DNA from: Eledone cirrhosa
Taxonomy: Eukaryota
Direction: 5' to 3'
Assembly (NCBI GenBank): GCA_964016885.1
Contig: OZ024741.1
Location: forward strand, 53,258,001 to 53,322,000
DNA length: 64,000 nt
The translations under genes were made by a program, and so were the position numbers. This document shows, piece after piece, positions 42,470-56,343 of this stretch. The notes under the pieces were generated by a model that worked only from the letters and a program-made list of their open reading frames with translations, was not told the origin of the DNA and ran no database searches. Each line of letters opens with the position of its first letter. Position 1 is the first letter of the stretch.

Positions 42470-43028
42470 TAGATACTCGTCAGATCTGCCAAGCCCACAG
42501 TAGCACTTGCAAAACTTAAGACCCTCTGGAATGACAAGAACATAACCCTGAGCTCAAATATCAGACTGAGCATTGTTTGGTCATGTCATTCTTCTATGCT
42601 TGTGAGTCATGGACAATAACAGAAGATCTAGAAAGAAGGATACAGGCTATGGGAATGAGATGCTTCAGAAAGCTTCTTGACATCACCTACAGACACCGCA
42701 TTTCTAATGAGGAGATGCAAAACAGAATGTGGCAAGCCATCGGACCCTAAGAAAGCTACTTACCATTCTAAAACAATGCAAAGTGGGATAGTAGGAGTAC
42801 GTGACAAGATCTTGAGGGCTTGCCAAGACTGTCCTGCAAGGAACAGTACATGGAGAGAAGAGGGGAGGCAGAGAGAAAAAGAGATAGAACAATATCCCGG
42901 AATGGACAGGCATAAAGGTGGGTGCAACCATATGGAGGGCGGAGAGGCGAAAGGAATGGAAGTAGCTCGTTGCCAGGTCGTCTGTGGCGCACCAACAGTT
43001 CACCACACTACGGATAGGATGAGATGAG
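42470..43028 (+). pseudogene. RTE-clade LINE 3' end, decayed
   Basis: ALAKLKTLWNDKNITLSSNIRL...YACESWTITEDLERRIQAMGMRCFRKLLDITYRHRISNEE...GLAKTVLQGTV...NIPEWTG; short gatga tail. Confidence 0.88.
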
Positions 43029-43264
43029 AGTTCTAGATATACAATCATTGAATAAAAAGACGGGACCGACGCAAATTACACATACCACACAGACTGGGGC
43101 GTGACATTTGTTGCTCCCTCTCCCTCTCTCTTGCTTTCGTTGCTTAATTTCTTTTTTCTTAGTTTTCTTCTCTTCATTTTACGATTCCTGATTGCCATTT
43201 ATATTGTACAGTTTTTATTTCAATTTCTCTTTAGTTTAATATAATTTACATATTTTATTTATGA

Positions 43265-44370
43265 CTAGCTGGATTACCCTGCGTTGCCCGCGTTACTACT
43301 GTTCTTATTAGATTAGAAAACAATAAATATGTAGATATGTTTTTTTTCTTCTCATAATTATTTCAAAATATCTATTTTATAAAAAAAGGATATCAAAATT
43401 ATAATGATAATAGAATGTAAAAATGAAAATCTGTCAATCTTGAAGCACCTTACGGTAAACAATATTCATTGTGTAATTTTTTTGTTGGTGTACAAAGAAT
43501 AAATTGTTGCTACACACTCACACACATACACTCACATACATATACTAAGACAGACATACAGACACGCATTCGCAGACACACGCATAGCTTTCACCTCATT
43601 TTATTTTGTCAGTCGCTACATATGTGTAGATGTGTGTGTGTATTTAATAACGCTCCTAATGAACTCGCAAACACACACACACACTCACAGACATATGCAC
43701 ATTCAGATACAAAATATGACGTCGTAGTTGTTGTGTTGTTTACTATTGTTTAATCCAACTGAAAATAAAAATGATCACACATACACTCACACACACATAC
43801 ACTCTCACATACACTCACACATATACTCAGACACACACAGACATACATTCACACACACCTATTACTTGTCAGTCACTACATATGTATATGTATGTGTAGA
43901 TGTGTGTGTGTGTTTAATTCTCTGAGGCCTAACGTTAAAATAAAAATTATCAAACATACACACATACACTCACACACACACATACACTCACACACATATA
44001 CACTCTCACATACACTCACGCATACACTCTCACATACTCTCACATACGTATACTAAGACGGACACACACACAAACATACATTCGCGCACACCTACTACTT
44101 GTCATTCATCACACACACACTCACAGAGACATACACTCTCATATACAAAAGTGATGTTGATGTCGTGGTGGTGGTGGTGGTATAAAATGTTCTTTACTAT
44201 AGTTCACTATAGACAGATTATTTTAGATAAAATGTTATATTGTTTTAGTTCAAATAAAAATAAAAATTACATGTTGACACTCCCTTGTAGAATTTGATTT
44301 GATTTGGTCGAACCGTTTGAGAATGCATAGCAGATAAACAGACAGACAAAGAATCTTATGTATATAGAGA
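43265..44370 (-). mobile_element. Non-autonomous Helitron
   Basis: Minus strand starts A|TCtctatatacataag..gtctgtctg and ends with the hairpin gcgggcaacgcagggt plus CTAG|T, the canonical TC...CTAG insertion into AT. Confidence 0.8.
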
Positions 44371-45194
44371 TAAAACAAAAATGAGATGATTATTGCAACA
44401 TTTTTGGATCATATATTTATTCGGTTAGAGCTAACCAGGTGTTAAATAAGAACAAGAACAAGAACAACAATAATCTGATGAAAGGATCTGCGAATGGATA
44501 GCTGGAATTGCTAGAAATATCAGTTAACCCACCCCCACACATAAAAAATCTCAAATTGGAAAATGCAGTCCTAGATATTCAATATCTGAATAAAATACTG
44601 CATGATCAATGTTAAAAAGCATTTGATCATTCATAGTTCTGCTTGATCAGAGCTGACCTGGGATTAAACAACAAAGCACGAATAAGAGAGCAACTACCTG
44701 GTCGATAGCATTACTAGAAACAAGAAAAAGCAGCTATATCTCCGTTGAATCACATTTTATGAGTTAAAGAGGGAAAGGACACTGGAAAAGACAGTACTGC
44801 ATACACCAGTCCTAAACAAAAAGACAGCATAGTTATGGTTGAAATGCCTTTTGCTGATCATAGGTCCGCTTGAAAAGTGCTGACCTTTTGGGATAAGCAA
44901 CACCACCGATATCAACAACCCAACAGCCGTAACTACAACATCAATAGCAATAACAACATCAAAAGCTACCACGTGTAAAGTTGCCCTGCCAATAACACGA
45001 CACTATATTAATGAAGCTACGAATCTAAAGAATAATGAAATATTGGTTCATTGGTTCATTGAAATGATAATTTTTTATTCCGATTCTGTTTTAACAAAGG
45101 AATAACTTAAAAATAGTGTGTGGTTAGTTCATTCTGGAAAAAGAAGATAACACATTTTTGTTTTGTTAAAATATTCTATATTATGAATAGGAGG

Positions 45195-46390
45195 GATGGT
45201 GGATTGGAAGTATCGGTAGAGCGTAGGATGATATACTTTGCGGTAATTAGTTACGTCATCCTACATTCTGAGTTCAAAACCCATTGAGGTCAACTTTAAC
45301 TTTCGTCCTTCAGGGATCGATAAAATAGTACGAGTCAAGTACTGGGGTCGATATAATCGACTTTACACTACAACAAATTGCTACCCTTGTGTCAATGCTA
45401 GAAAGAATTGTTAGGATTAGGGTGTTGAATTGTCAGTATGGTATGAGTGTCAGACAAAGCGCTTTATAGCATTTAGCTACGACTCTTTACCATCTGAGTT
45501 CACATCTCGCCGAGACCAACTTTGCTTTTAATCCTTCCGAGGTCGATAACATTTTGTAGGAGTGGAGTATTGAAATTGCTGGATTTGTGTTTATATTAGA
45601 AATCACTATTATTTCGTCTGTAAAATGCTACCATACCAATACAAATATATACGGTACAATAGTGACACTATCGAGATTTTATATGAACAGGGGAAAAATA
45701 TATTGTGGCTGAGTATATGGTCAAATATCAGCATCATCATTAACCCATAATTCCTAATAAAGCCATAGGAGCGCCCTTGTGACGTGAATCCAGAATTAAA
45801 CGCACAGAAACGAGTAGAACCAATACGAATAATTCTATCCGACGTTGTAACGAACTTGCCAATTTAACTGGTCAGTCATGGGCCCCCTCCATCTTCAAGT
45901 CTGAATACAGCCGATTTCTTCCAGAGAAGGAGAAGGAGAGTGAGTGAAAGAGAGAGAGAGAGAGTGGGGGGGAGAGAGGGGGAGACGGTGAGAGGGAGAG
46001 AGGGATAGGGGATAGGAAAGAGAAATAAAGAAGCAATCGAGCTCAATACAGGGCTGGACTGGTACTTCATTTATCGATCTCGAAGTGGTAGAAGGCAAAG
46101 TTGACCTTGACGTGATTTGAACTCAGAGATTAGAAACTAATACCACGGAGCATTCTACCCGACGTCTTAACGATTCTGCCAACTCCACCCGTAACCGCAG
46201 TTAATTAAAGGTTTTTAATTAAGTATAAAAATTGTAATGAACATAAAGATGGGCAAAATACTGTTCTGATATTACGACCTTTTACTCTCTGTGTTCAAAT
46301 TCTACTGAGATTCTAGACACTTTTCATTCATTTTCGGATCGATAAAATACGATCAGTCATTCGAGTACTCGGGTTGATAAAAATCACCTG
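45195..46390. mobile_element. Cluster of decayed family A-like SINEs (about 45195-45410 +, 45420-45610 +, 46053-46190 -, 46260-46385 +)
   Basis: Each retains gagttca and gtcgataa(a) motifs. Confidence 0.7.
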
Positions 46391-47167
46391 TTCATCTCAC
46401 TAGATTAAATAATCAGGTTGAATGATCATCCTACGATCGATACTGAAATGTCAAGAAAATGACTCGAATATTGCTGCAGTTGTTCTTTCTTTCTTTCCTT
46501 CTTTTGTAGTTAGTTTTTTTTTTTGTATTCATGTTGTTTTTGTTGTTCTTCTTTCGCTCAAGGTCAGCCCCGAAGGAATAAAACTGCGTTCTAGCCGAGA
46601 GGCATTCATATATTTATAATATTCAGTCTCCTATCTTTGCTTAAGAAGATAGGGCGAAATTTGATACCGTTGACATTTCTAACGAGAAAGCTCAATCTCT
46701 CGTATAGGCACTATTTCTCTGCATTGTAAACTGAGTGTTACATCATTAATTGCGCATGGATAAATAAATAGTAAGGATAAATAGAATAGAGTTGATATGA
46801 GTTGTAAAAACGTAGAAGGCTTGATTAAAAACAAATAATAAAATGTTCTGAAAACAATAAACCTAAAATGAGAATCTTGTAATTCGAAAACGAGACATGT
46901 CGTTAAGGTTACTATTTACAGTACCAGTTATATTAAAAGCAAATTTTTTTTCACGCTAGTAGAAAAATAAATACTTATACAGAAAAATACATATGTTTCA
47001 TGTTAAGTCATACGATTATTCTCTCACATAAACACACACGTGTACCCGTGCAAGAACAGACACACACAATCACTAACAAATAAGCAAACACACACTCACA
47101 CACACACATATATATAAATATATATGTATATATATATAAATGCATACATATATATATATATAAATAC

Positions 47168-47241
<74 letters not shown>

Positions 47242-47894
47242 GTATATATACATATATATGTGTGTGAGTTTCTGTGTGTGTGTGTGTGTGTGTGTGTCTG
47301 TGTGTGTTATGTATGTATGTATGTATGTATGTATGTATGTATGTATGTATGTATGTATGTATGTATGTCCGCATGTATCTATACAAATGTGTATATATAT
47401 ATGTATACAAAGGGAGAGAGAGAGGGAAATCTTCAGATATGCATATATACATTCTATTTCCAATATAATCATATTAGTATTTTTAGAAACACGTACACAC
47501 TCAAACACAAACACACTCAGACAAAGAGTCACACACACTCATATATACGTATATATATATATGTATATATATATTTATGTATATATATACATATATATAC
47601 ACACAAGCAAATGTGTCATGCATTCATATAATATTGAATTAGTCATAGCGAAAACTAGATTTAATTAAATTTCTGGTAATTCCTGTACATAATCGGTCAT
47701 ATGATTACGAAGATGACATTTTCTGCTTAGCTGCAATTAAACCACACTCAGATACACATGCATACATACAGTCTTACATACATATATACATACATACATA
47801 CGTACATACATACATATATACATACATACACACACATACATATACATATACATATATATATACATATATATACATACATATATATATATAAATA

Positions 47895-47933
<39 letters not shown>

Positions 47934-48215
47934 GTGTGTGTGTGTGTGTATATACATACACACACACACACATACACATACACACACACACACAAACACA
48001 TATATATATATATATATATGCATATATATATATATATTTACAACTGCTTTAATTATATTTGGACTTTTATTATCTTATATTTTATGTTCTCTATATTCAA
48101 GCAAAAATTCAGGTATATAAATATTTGCCTGCTTTTATACATACACATGCAAATATATATGCATACACACACATACACACACATACACACTCACACACAC
48201 AAATATATATGTTCA

Positions 48216-48246
<31 letters not shown>

Positions 48247-48341
48247 CTTCATAAAGCTATATATATATATTTCTATATATGTATGGTTGTAGCTATATAC
48301 ACAAATAAATACAAGCATATAGCCTCCGCACACACGTATAA

Positions 48342-48421
<80 letters not shown>

Positions 48422-48790
48422 GTAGAAGTATATAATATACATATATATGATGCCGATCCCTCAATATAAATTAATCATATATATTTATTACTTTTCTGCA
48501 GACTTGTTGATGACGCACGGATGCTAACACACATACTCATACATATACACAAACAAAGACCATCGAAAATAAAGAAAAAATTGCACATTCTCACACACAT
48601 ATGTTTAATAAATTCTAGAAACATCTAAAAACGTAGCTAATCACATTCAAAGACATACAGACAGACACGTGAACTTCGCAAGGAAATACATGCACGTAAA
48701 TAGATTCAAGCAAACATTTCAAAGATGGCGTCGATGACAGACCCGATATTCTGTCAGCTATTAAAGAGATAGAAAATACAGAGAAACAGA

Positions 48791-48900
<110 letters not shown>

Positions 48901-49302
48901 ATTATATATATAGATGTATATATGTGTGTATATAAATAAACGCACCCATACACACATACACACACATGTGCACACAATACACACACACACATTTCTAAAT
49001 AAGAGAGAATGTAAACAGCATTACGACTGCAACAGGCTAAAAATCCTGAGATTGATTATTTGTTATTAAAATATACTAATCACCAATATATCTTTCCCTT
49101 TCTGGAAGAGAGGACGAAAGTTGGGAAAATGCAGATATACACATTGAGAGATGGATACACGCATGCATTAACACAAATAAACACACGTGCACACTCACAT
49201 ACATATGTACATACATACACACCTGCATACGTACATGCATACATACATAGGTACATACATACATATATACATACATACATATATACATACATACGTACAT
49301 AC

Positions 49303-49647
49303 ATGGTGGCTGCCAACTCGTTTTCGAGTACGGCCACTACTTTATATCCATGTAGAACCCCAACCGATGCGCTGAACGAGTGTGACTTTTTAGTCCAGCC
49401 AGCGACTTTAAAACTCTGGCTCAAACACTACAGTTGTGACAATTATTGACACATAGTGCTGGGCCCATGAAACGACAAGTGCAGAGAGATCTTCAGATAT
49501 AAAGCAATGCCTGTGCCGTGAAGCTTTTATAGTGAGCAAAGGCACAGCACAAAGCCAGTCCCACTTTCTTAATCAAGATAAATATTTACCAAAAAGAAGA
49601 ACAATTCAACATCATTGGATACCATCAGAGTTGCAGGTGTTATATCA
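49303..49647 (-). mobile_element. Partial copy of the 610-bp repeat, cut by a LINE
   Basis: Matches 25494-25848 and stops at gtgttatatca. Confidence 0.8.
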
Positions 49648-51340
49648 TGGCGTGGCTTCGCTCACGGAAAGTATGAAGAGGATATTCCACGTTTGCTGCA
49701 TGTACGCTTGTGGCCTTTCAAACCAATGCGGAATAGGCAGAAACAGCCGTAGCGGCAGCAGATGTATGTCTGGTCAGGATCTGATTACGTGGTGTTGCGA
49801 TTCTTCATCCTGTTCCTTTTATTTAAGTTTGTTGCCCTGCGAATTCTTTCGAAAGAAGAGACAACAGGTTTCATGGGCGTTGCGGTTTTACAAGTCCTTG
49901 TGTAGCTTCCTTGGTGCCACTCTGTCACGATGTCCAGTGAAGAGTTCGCTGTATAATGTGATACTGGGCAAGCGATGATCTTTCATCCTGCAGACGTGCT
50001 CAGTCCAGCGCAATTGGGATGTCAGCATCATCGCATCGATGCTGGTAACTCTGCTCGCTCAAGGGCCTCAATACTGGTGACAATGTCTCTCAAGTGACTG
50101 TTGCAAATTGTGCGGAGGCAACGCTGCTGGAAGCGTTTGAGTAGTCGAAGGTGGTGACGATAAGTGGCCTACGACTCCGAGCCTTATATGAGGGTGGTAA
50201 GGAGTATGGCTCTGTTCACGCTGATCTTGGTACCCTTCTTCAAGTGTTTGCTGTTCCACAGTCTGCCAAATGCACTATTCACATTGGCTTGTCTGTTGTC
50301 GATTTTCCTGTCGATTTTGGCATCTGACATGATAGTGCACACCAGCTAGATGAACTGTTTTCAATTCTATCTCACAAATAGTGATATGCGCAGGGTGGTA
50401 CACTTCCTGAGGTGCAGGCTGGTAAAGTATTTCCATCTTTAAACTGATTTCTAGCCCAAACAACTGGACAGCCTCTGAGAAGCATGAAGTGATGCGCTGC
50501 ATGGCTCTTTCTGTGTGGGAAACAAGAGCAGCATCACCTGAAAATAGATCTCAGATCAATTGTTCGAGGGTCTTCGTACAGGCTTGTAGTCGTCGAAGAT
50601 TAATTAAACTGACAGTATTTGAAATTGATACATTGCTCCTCATCAAGATATTCTTGAAGATGGTGAAGAGATTCAGTGTCATGACACAACCCTGCTTCAT
50701 TCCGTTGATGATCAAGAAGGATTCTGGGAGGTCACTGTTGAGTCTCATTTTCTTATGTTGCTCTTATTGCAATCGGATGACCATGTTGTAGGACAGCCGA
50801 GTCGCTCCATGATCTGCCAAATTCCATTTCGAATGCTTTAGTCAGGTCAACGAACGCTATATAAAAGCCTTTATGTTTTCCCGGCACTATTGGAGCTTGA
50901 GAACAAACACTATGTATGCAGTGCTCTTGGCTCTAGAGCTGTACTGGCTCTGTGGGAGGTGTTCGTCGGCAATGGGGATTACCAGTCTGTTCAGTTGAAT
51001 CCTTCCGAGGATTTTACCCTTGATATGGGGCTGAGTAATCCCCGGTAATTTGAACAGCCTGACTTTCCCCTTTGTTCTTGTACAGAGTGATCATTACTGC
51101 ATCACGCAGCTCTTGTGATTTATTTCCCTGCTCCCAGCCACAGACGAAGTGCTCGTGAAGTTTAGCATGTAAGGCTGGGCTTCCATGCTTTCAAATCTCA
51201 GTTGGAATTTCATCGACTTCTGCTGCTTTGCGACTCATTATCTGCTCTATGTCTTTGTTGGTCTATTCAATTGTGGGAAACTGATCCAGTTACACGTTCG
51301 CTGATTGTTGGGGAATGCATAGAATAGACATTGTTTGCAT
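49648..51340 (-). pseudogene. RTE-BovB-like LINE, RT region to 3' end, heavily decayed
   Basis: Minus strand remnants KAA.VDEIPTEI, LRDAVMITLYKNKGE, SNYRG, YIAFVDLTKAF, NGMKQGCV, FGLEISLK; 3' end agcgaagccacgcca. Confidence 0.88.
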
Positions 51341-52217
51341 CGCAAGGGCTTTCTCCTGTCGACTTGGAAACTCGTACCACAAGAAGCTCCCTTTCCAGAC
51401 CTACCAAATCCTCACTGAACCTATTCCTCTCTGTCTCCTATCCATGCGCAAAACATTAAACACATAACATCCACATACATATGCACACAACATAAAATAT
51501 TGCTGAAAGAGATATTAGTCTTAGAATATCACATTGCACACTAGGTAAGATGCATAGATATAGAATTTTATTTTTTGCATGTTCAGATTTTAATTATTGG
51601 GAAGATTTTAAAAGAGACTTAAATATTCATAAAATAAGTTGAAGGCTAAATTGCGCTCAGACATTTACATATTTATCCCATCAGAAGTTACATCTCTCGG
51701 CCTCTCAAACGTAAACAATCTATCATATCCGTTGGTAGTGAAATACTTTAAAGTGTTTACGTTTTTTTTTAGATAATTAGCTTTCAACTCAAGTAAAACA
51801 CATATTACGCATACACATCGATTAGCTTATAAATTAAGTCACACACGTTTCAAAGTTTTCTAGCCTTGAGAAATTCGGAACTCGAAAAAAGGTGCTCTCT
51901 ATATTTAAACCAAATATATTGGGCTCTCGGTTTTTTTCCATAATTTTGTGCTGGCCTCCGATGAGAGGACAGTATTGAAACGGCTACTCCAATATACAGT
52001 GGTGGCCATAACTGGATCCTGAAACCTAAGGAGGCGCATACATGCAGGTTGACCCAAAAGTCACACGGGTTTTAGTTTTTATTAGCTTCCTGAATTGTAT
52101 GACATTTTGCTACAACTTAAAGGACATAATGGAAATTAATTTGCACTCGTCAATCCTTGTCACACCTCTATATCACTAATGAAAAATTATATCTTTCAAA
52201 TTATAAACAGTAGCGAC

Positions 52218-52283
<66 letters not shown>

Positions 52284-52288
<5 letters not shown>

Positions 52289-52480
52289 TCTACAGGACTA
52301 GAACTGTTTCATTCTTGAGAAGTCACCAGGAATCTGACTGTCCAAATAAATCAAGGTCGTGTTTGGTCAGCATAGTTTCTTGGTGATGGTTTCTCAAGAA
52401 TGAAACTGTTCTAGTCCTGTAGAATCTCATCTATATTAAAACTTTTATACTCTGGTATGTATTGAGTACTTAACTTACCT
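52284..52480. mobile_element. Short foldback related to the 6949-7437 family, in (TA)n
   Basis: attctacaggactagaactgtttcattcttgagaa is inverted at about 52371-52406; shared tail ttatactctggtatgtattgagtac. Confidence 0.75.
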
Positions 52481-52484
52481 ATAT

Positions 52485-52555
<71 letters not shown>

Positions 52556-53155
52556 TTTTTGAAAAGCATTAGAAATGCGCAACCGGTAAAGACTTAAAAC
52601 TAAAACTGAATACTAACAAATACTTATTTCTAATTTATACTTATTCCTAATTAAACTATTTTTCACTGGGAAAAATTTGTCAGCATTTTCTTTTCCTTTT
52701 ACACAACTGAATTCATTCGCCTGATATCGGGGTTGCCTCCCTTGCCGATCCCCACGTGGGGTCAGCAATAGTCAGTCCTTGTATTAACATTGAACTAAAA
52801 CATGTTGAGAAAGTCGCTTCCTTGTTCAATCATCTTACCAGAAGCCTAACATTATTTATGTAAGCGGACAGTAATTGATTTAGGAGCCGCAGAAACACAA
52901 ATACTCGATTTTACCAACCTTCCAGGGGTCCGGGTAGATTTTCAATCACAGATATTTATTATTTGTTTGACCCGAATTAATTGATCGTTTTTTTGGCTAT
53001 GCGAATGATTGTTTAACCATCGTCTCAGTTTGTTTGGCCCTTTAACGTTTGTTATAGCTCTGGTTCATCTGAATCATTGAGCACTTGCCACACATCTCGG
53101 AGGTTGTTTTTCGTTATTTCGTGGGCCGAAATGCCATTCTTGATAATTTATATTT

Positions 53156-53264
<109 letters not shown>

Positions 53265-53469
53265 TATTTAAAAAAAAAATATATATATATATATATTCTA
53301 TCCGACATTATAATAGATGTCAATCCGCTTCCTAAAGACATATATTGCATGAAATAATAGGATGTTTCGTATTGTAAGATGCCTTACAATTACATGGGAA
53401 AAGGGAAGTGAAGAATGGAAGACAGCGTAATAGAGAGTAGAGGTGTGTGAATGGGGAAACATGGGCTAT

Positions 53470-53652
53470 TATTTGGCAGTATCGGTAGAGAGTCGGACGC
53501 CATGCTTCCCAGCATAGTTACGTCTCTTTACGGTCTGAGTTCAAATCCCGCTGAGGCTAACTTTGCCTTTCATCGTTACGGGGTCGATTAAATAAAGTAC
53601 CAGTAATGTACTGGGTATTTGCTGGCCTTGTGCCAAAAGTAGAAACAATTAT
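53470..53652 (+). mobile_element. SINE family A, full length
   Basis: tggcagtatcggtag (A box), gagttcaaatccc (B box), central domain and tail. Confidence 0.88.
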
Positions 53653-53732
53653 TAGTGGGAGGAGTGAATACATACGTGTATGTGCCTACTTTTATACATA
53701 CAGAGAAAATACACATATATGCACGCACGCAC

Positions 53733-53829
<97 letters not shown>

Positions 53830-53964
53830 GAAAGATACTATTTATAGTTATGTATATATTATACTATAAACAATTATAGACAGGGAAGGTCAGTACTTTA
53901 TTACTACCGCATTACCAGTAAGATAAATAGCTCCATGTAAGAACAACAGTTGTTTTACAGAGAT

Positions 53965-55870
53965 ATAATATTGAATTCACAAGCATCAAAGTTATGTTTA
54001 AAACATTTATTCGCTGACAATTGTTTCTTCCAAACCTAGGCTTGGAATCTTCGGAGCATTTTTAATGTTTGTACACATAATTGACCTCCTACTCAACCGA
54101 AGACACATACAGATACATATATATATATATATATATATATATTGATGTTGTGTACAACAGTTTCATGTTTATAGTGTGGAATTGATGCGACATATATTAT
54201 ATTATACTATATTTGTACAATAATTCAAATTAAGATTAAAATCAAAATCAAATTTAAAAACAAGATTAAAAGCATAGGTTGGAATACATGCGACAGATAA
54301 TACAGATAATTCAAAAGAAAAGTCTAATAATTAAATTAAAGAGATAGTATATGCGTTAGTCATATATAAAGGGATGGAACAAGCAAATGTATCATGCATA
54401 TATGATTACTGTATGGCAAGGTATTACATAAAATACAAGCACTTTAAGCGAATATGTTAGTGTATTATGGTGGTTGCAATGCGAGGATATTTTCTGTATA
54501 TTTCAAATTTGTATGTGTGCAGAAGAAGAAAGTACAATTTTCTCATCCATCACATAAGCTACGATATATTTGCATTGAATGTTTGTTATAGTAATGGATT
54601 GTGATGTATTGCAACTTAGTGTTATTTAATCCATATTTATATATTAGGGTCCTTCAGCTGCCAGAATTTACAGCGGTTTAATATCCGGAAGTGGGTATGT
54701 AATTAAGGGGAGCTAATGCGTCAGGGAGGTAACTAGCTCATTATAATAATTAAATTCATTGCTCTAATAGACATTATATGGTGCCTCAATAGAGTCCCTC
54801 ATATAAAAAGTTATATATTTATATTTAATTTTAAATACAGTCTACCAAATGTTGGGTAGACAAAAATCTAATTGGACCTTTAATATGTTTTGAGAATCGA
54901 CTGTATTTAAGGTTAATTTGATACAAATATATAGCACTTTGTATGGGAAATTCAATTTTGGCCCTATAAAATATTGGGTGACAACTTTCTATTAATATGT
55001 TATGAGAGAGTAGACTGTATTTAAAATTAAATATAAATATATAACTTTTTATATGAGGGACTCTATTGAGGCACCATATAATGTCTATTAGAGCATTGAA
55101 TTTAATTATTATAATGAGCTAGTTACCTCCCTGACGCATTAGCTCCCCTTAATTACATACCAACTTCCGGATATTAAACCGTTGTAAATTCTCGCAGCTG
55201 AAGGACCCTAATCTATAGATATGGATTAAATAACACTAAGTTGCAATACATCACAATCCCTTACTATAACAAACATTCAATGCTAATATATCGTAGTTTA
55301 TGTGATGGATGAGAAAATTGTACTTTCTTCTTCTGCACACATACAAATTTGAAATATACAGAAAATATCCTCGCATTTCACCCACCATAATGCGCTAACA
55401 TATTCGCTTAAAGTGCTTGTATTTTATGTTATACCTTGCCATACAGTACTCATATATACATGATACATTTGCTTGTTCCATCACTTTATATATGACTAAC
55501 GCATATACTATCTCTTTAATTTAATTATTAGACTATTCCCTTGAATTATCTGTATTATCTGTCGCATGTATTCCAACCTATGCTTTTAATCTTGTTTTTA
55601 AATTTGATTTTTATTTTAATCTTAATTTGAGTTATTGTACAAATATAGTATAATATAATATATGTCGCATCAATTCCACACTATAAACATGAAACTGTTG
55701 TACACAACATCAATATATATATATGTATCTGTATGTTTCTTCGGTTGAGTAGGTCAAGTATGTGTACAAACATTAAACATGCTCCGAATATTCCAAGCCT
55801 AGGTTTGGAAGAAACAATTGTCAGCGAATAAATGTTTTAAACATAACTTTGATTCTTGTGAATACAATAT
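53965..55870. mobile_element. 1.9-kb palindrome: two inverted pLTR-like arms of about 880 bp with outward-facing hammerheads
   Basis: 53968-54846 is inverted at 55010-55870. HHR at 54013-54057 (-) and a mutated copy at 55781-55825 (+). Shares blocks with 61251-62040. Confidence 0.92.
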
Positions 55871-56283
55871 ATATATATACATATATACATAAGACAAATT
55901 AGGATGACAGAATGAGATTGTTACATAGTTTAATCCGAACAATTGTTTAGATAAAATGCATTTCTTCGAATACGGATCTAGGCAAAAGTAATCATAATGA
56001 TAATCTTTATATAATAAAGGGAAGAGTGCTGGACTGTGTCCTGTTTATATTTTTTTTATCCCGTTAGTAAAGTAAGTTGGATTACTTTCAATAAATAATG
56101 AATCAATAATATATAATGTATGTACTAAATTTCGTAATTGTTGATTAAACATAAACAATTTTATTGCTTATTTCATGATCCACTTCTTTTAAAGGTTTCA
56201 AATGTCAACACTTCCAGTATATCGCCACCACTATCAACTATCATATATATATATATATATATAGACAGAGCGAGAAATAAGAG

Positions 56284-56343
<60 letters not shown>

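Noticed and set aside
53470-53560. tRNA gene
   Set aside because: The A/B boxes belong to SINE heads and no complete cloverleaf forms.
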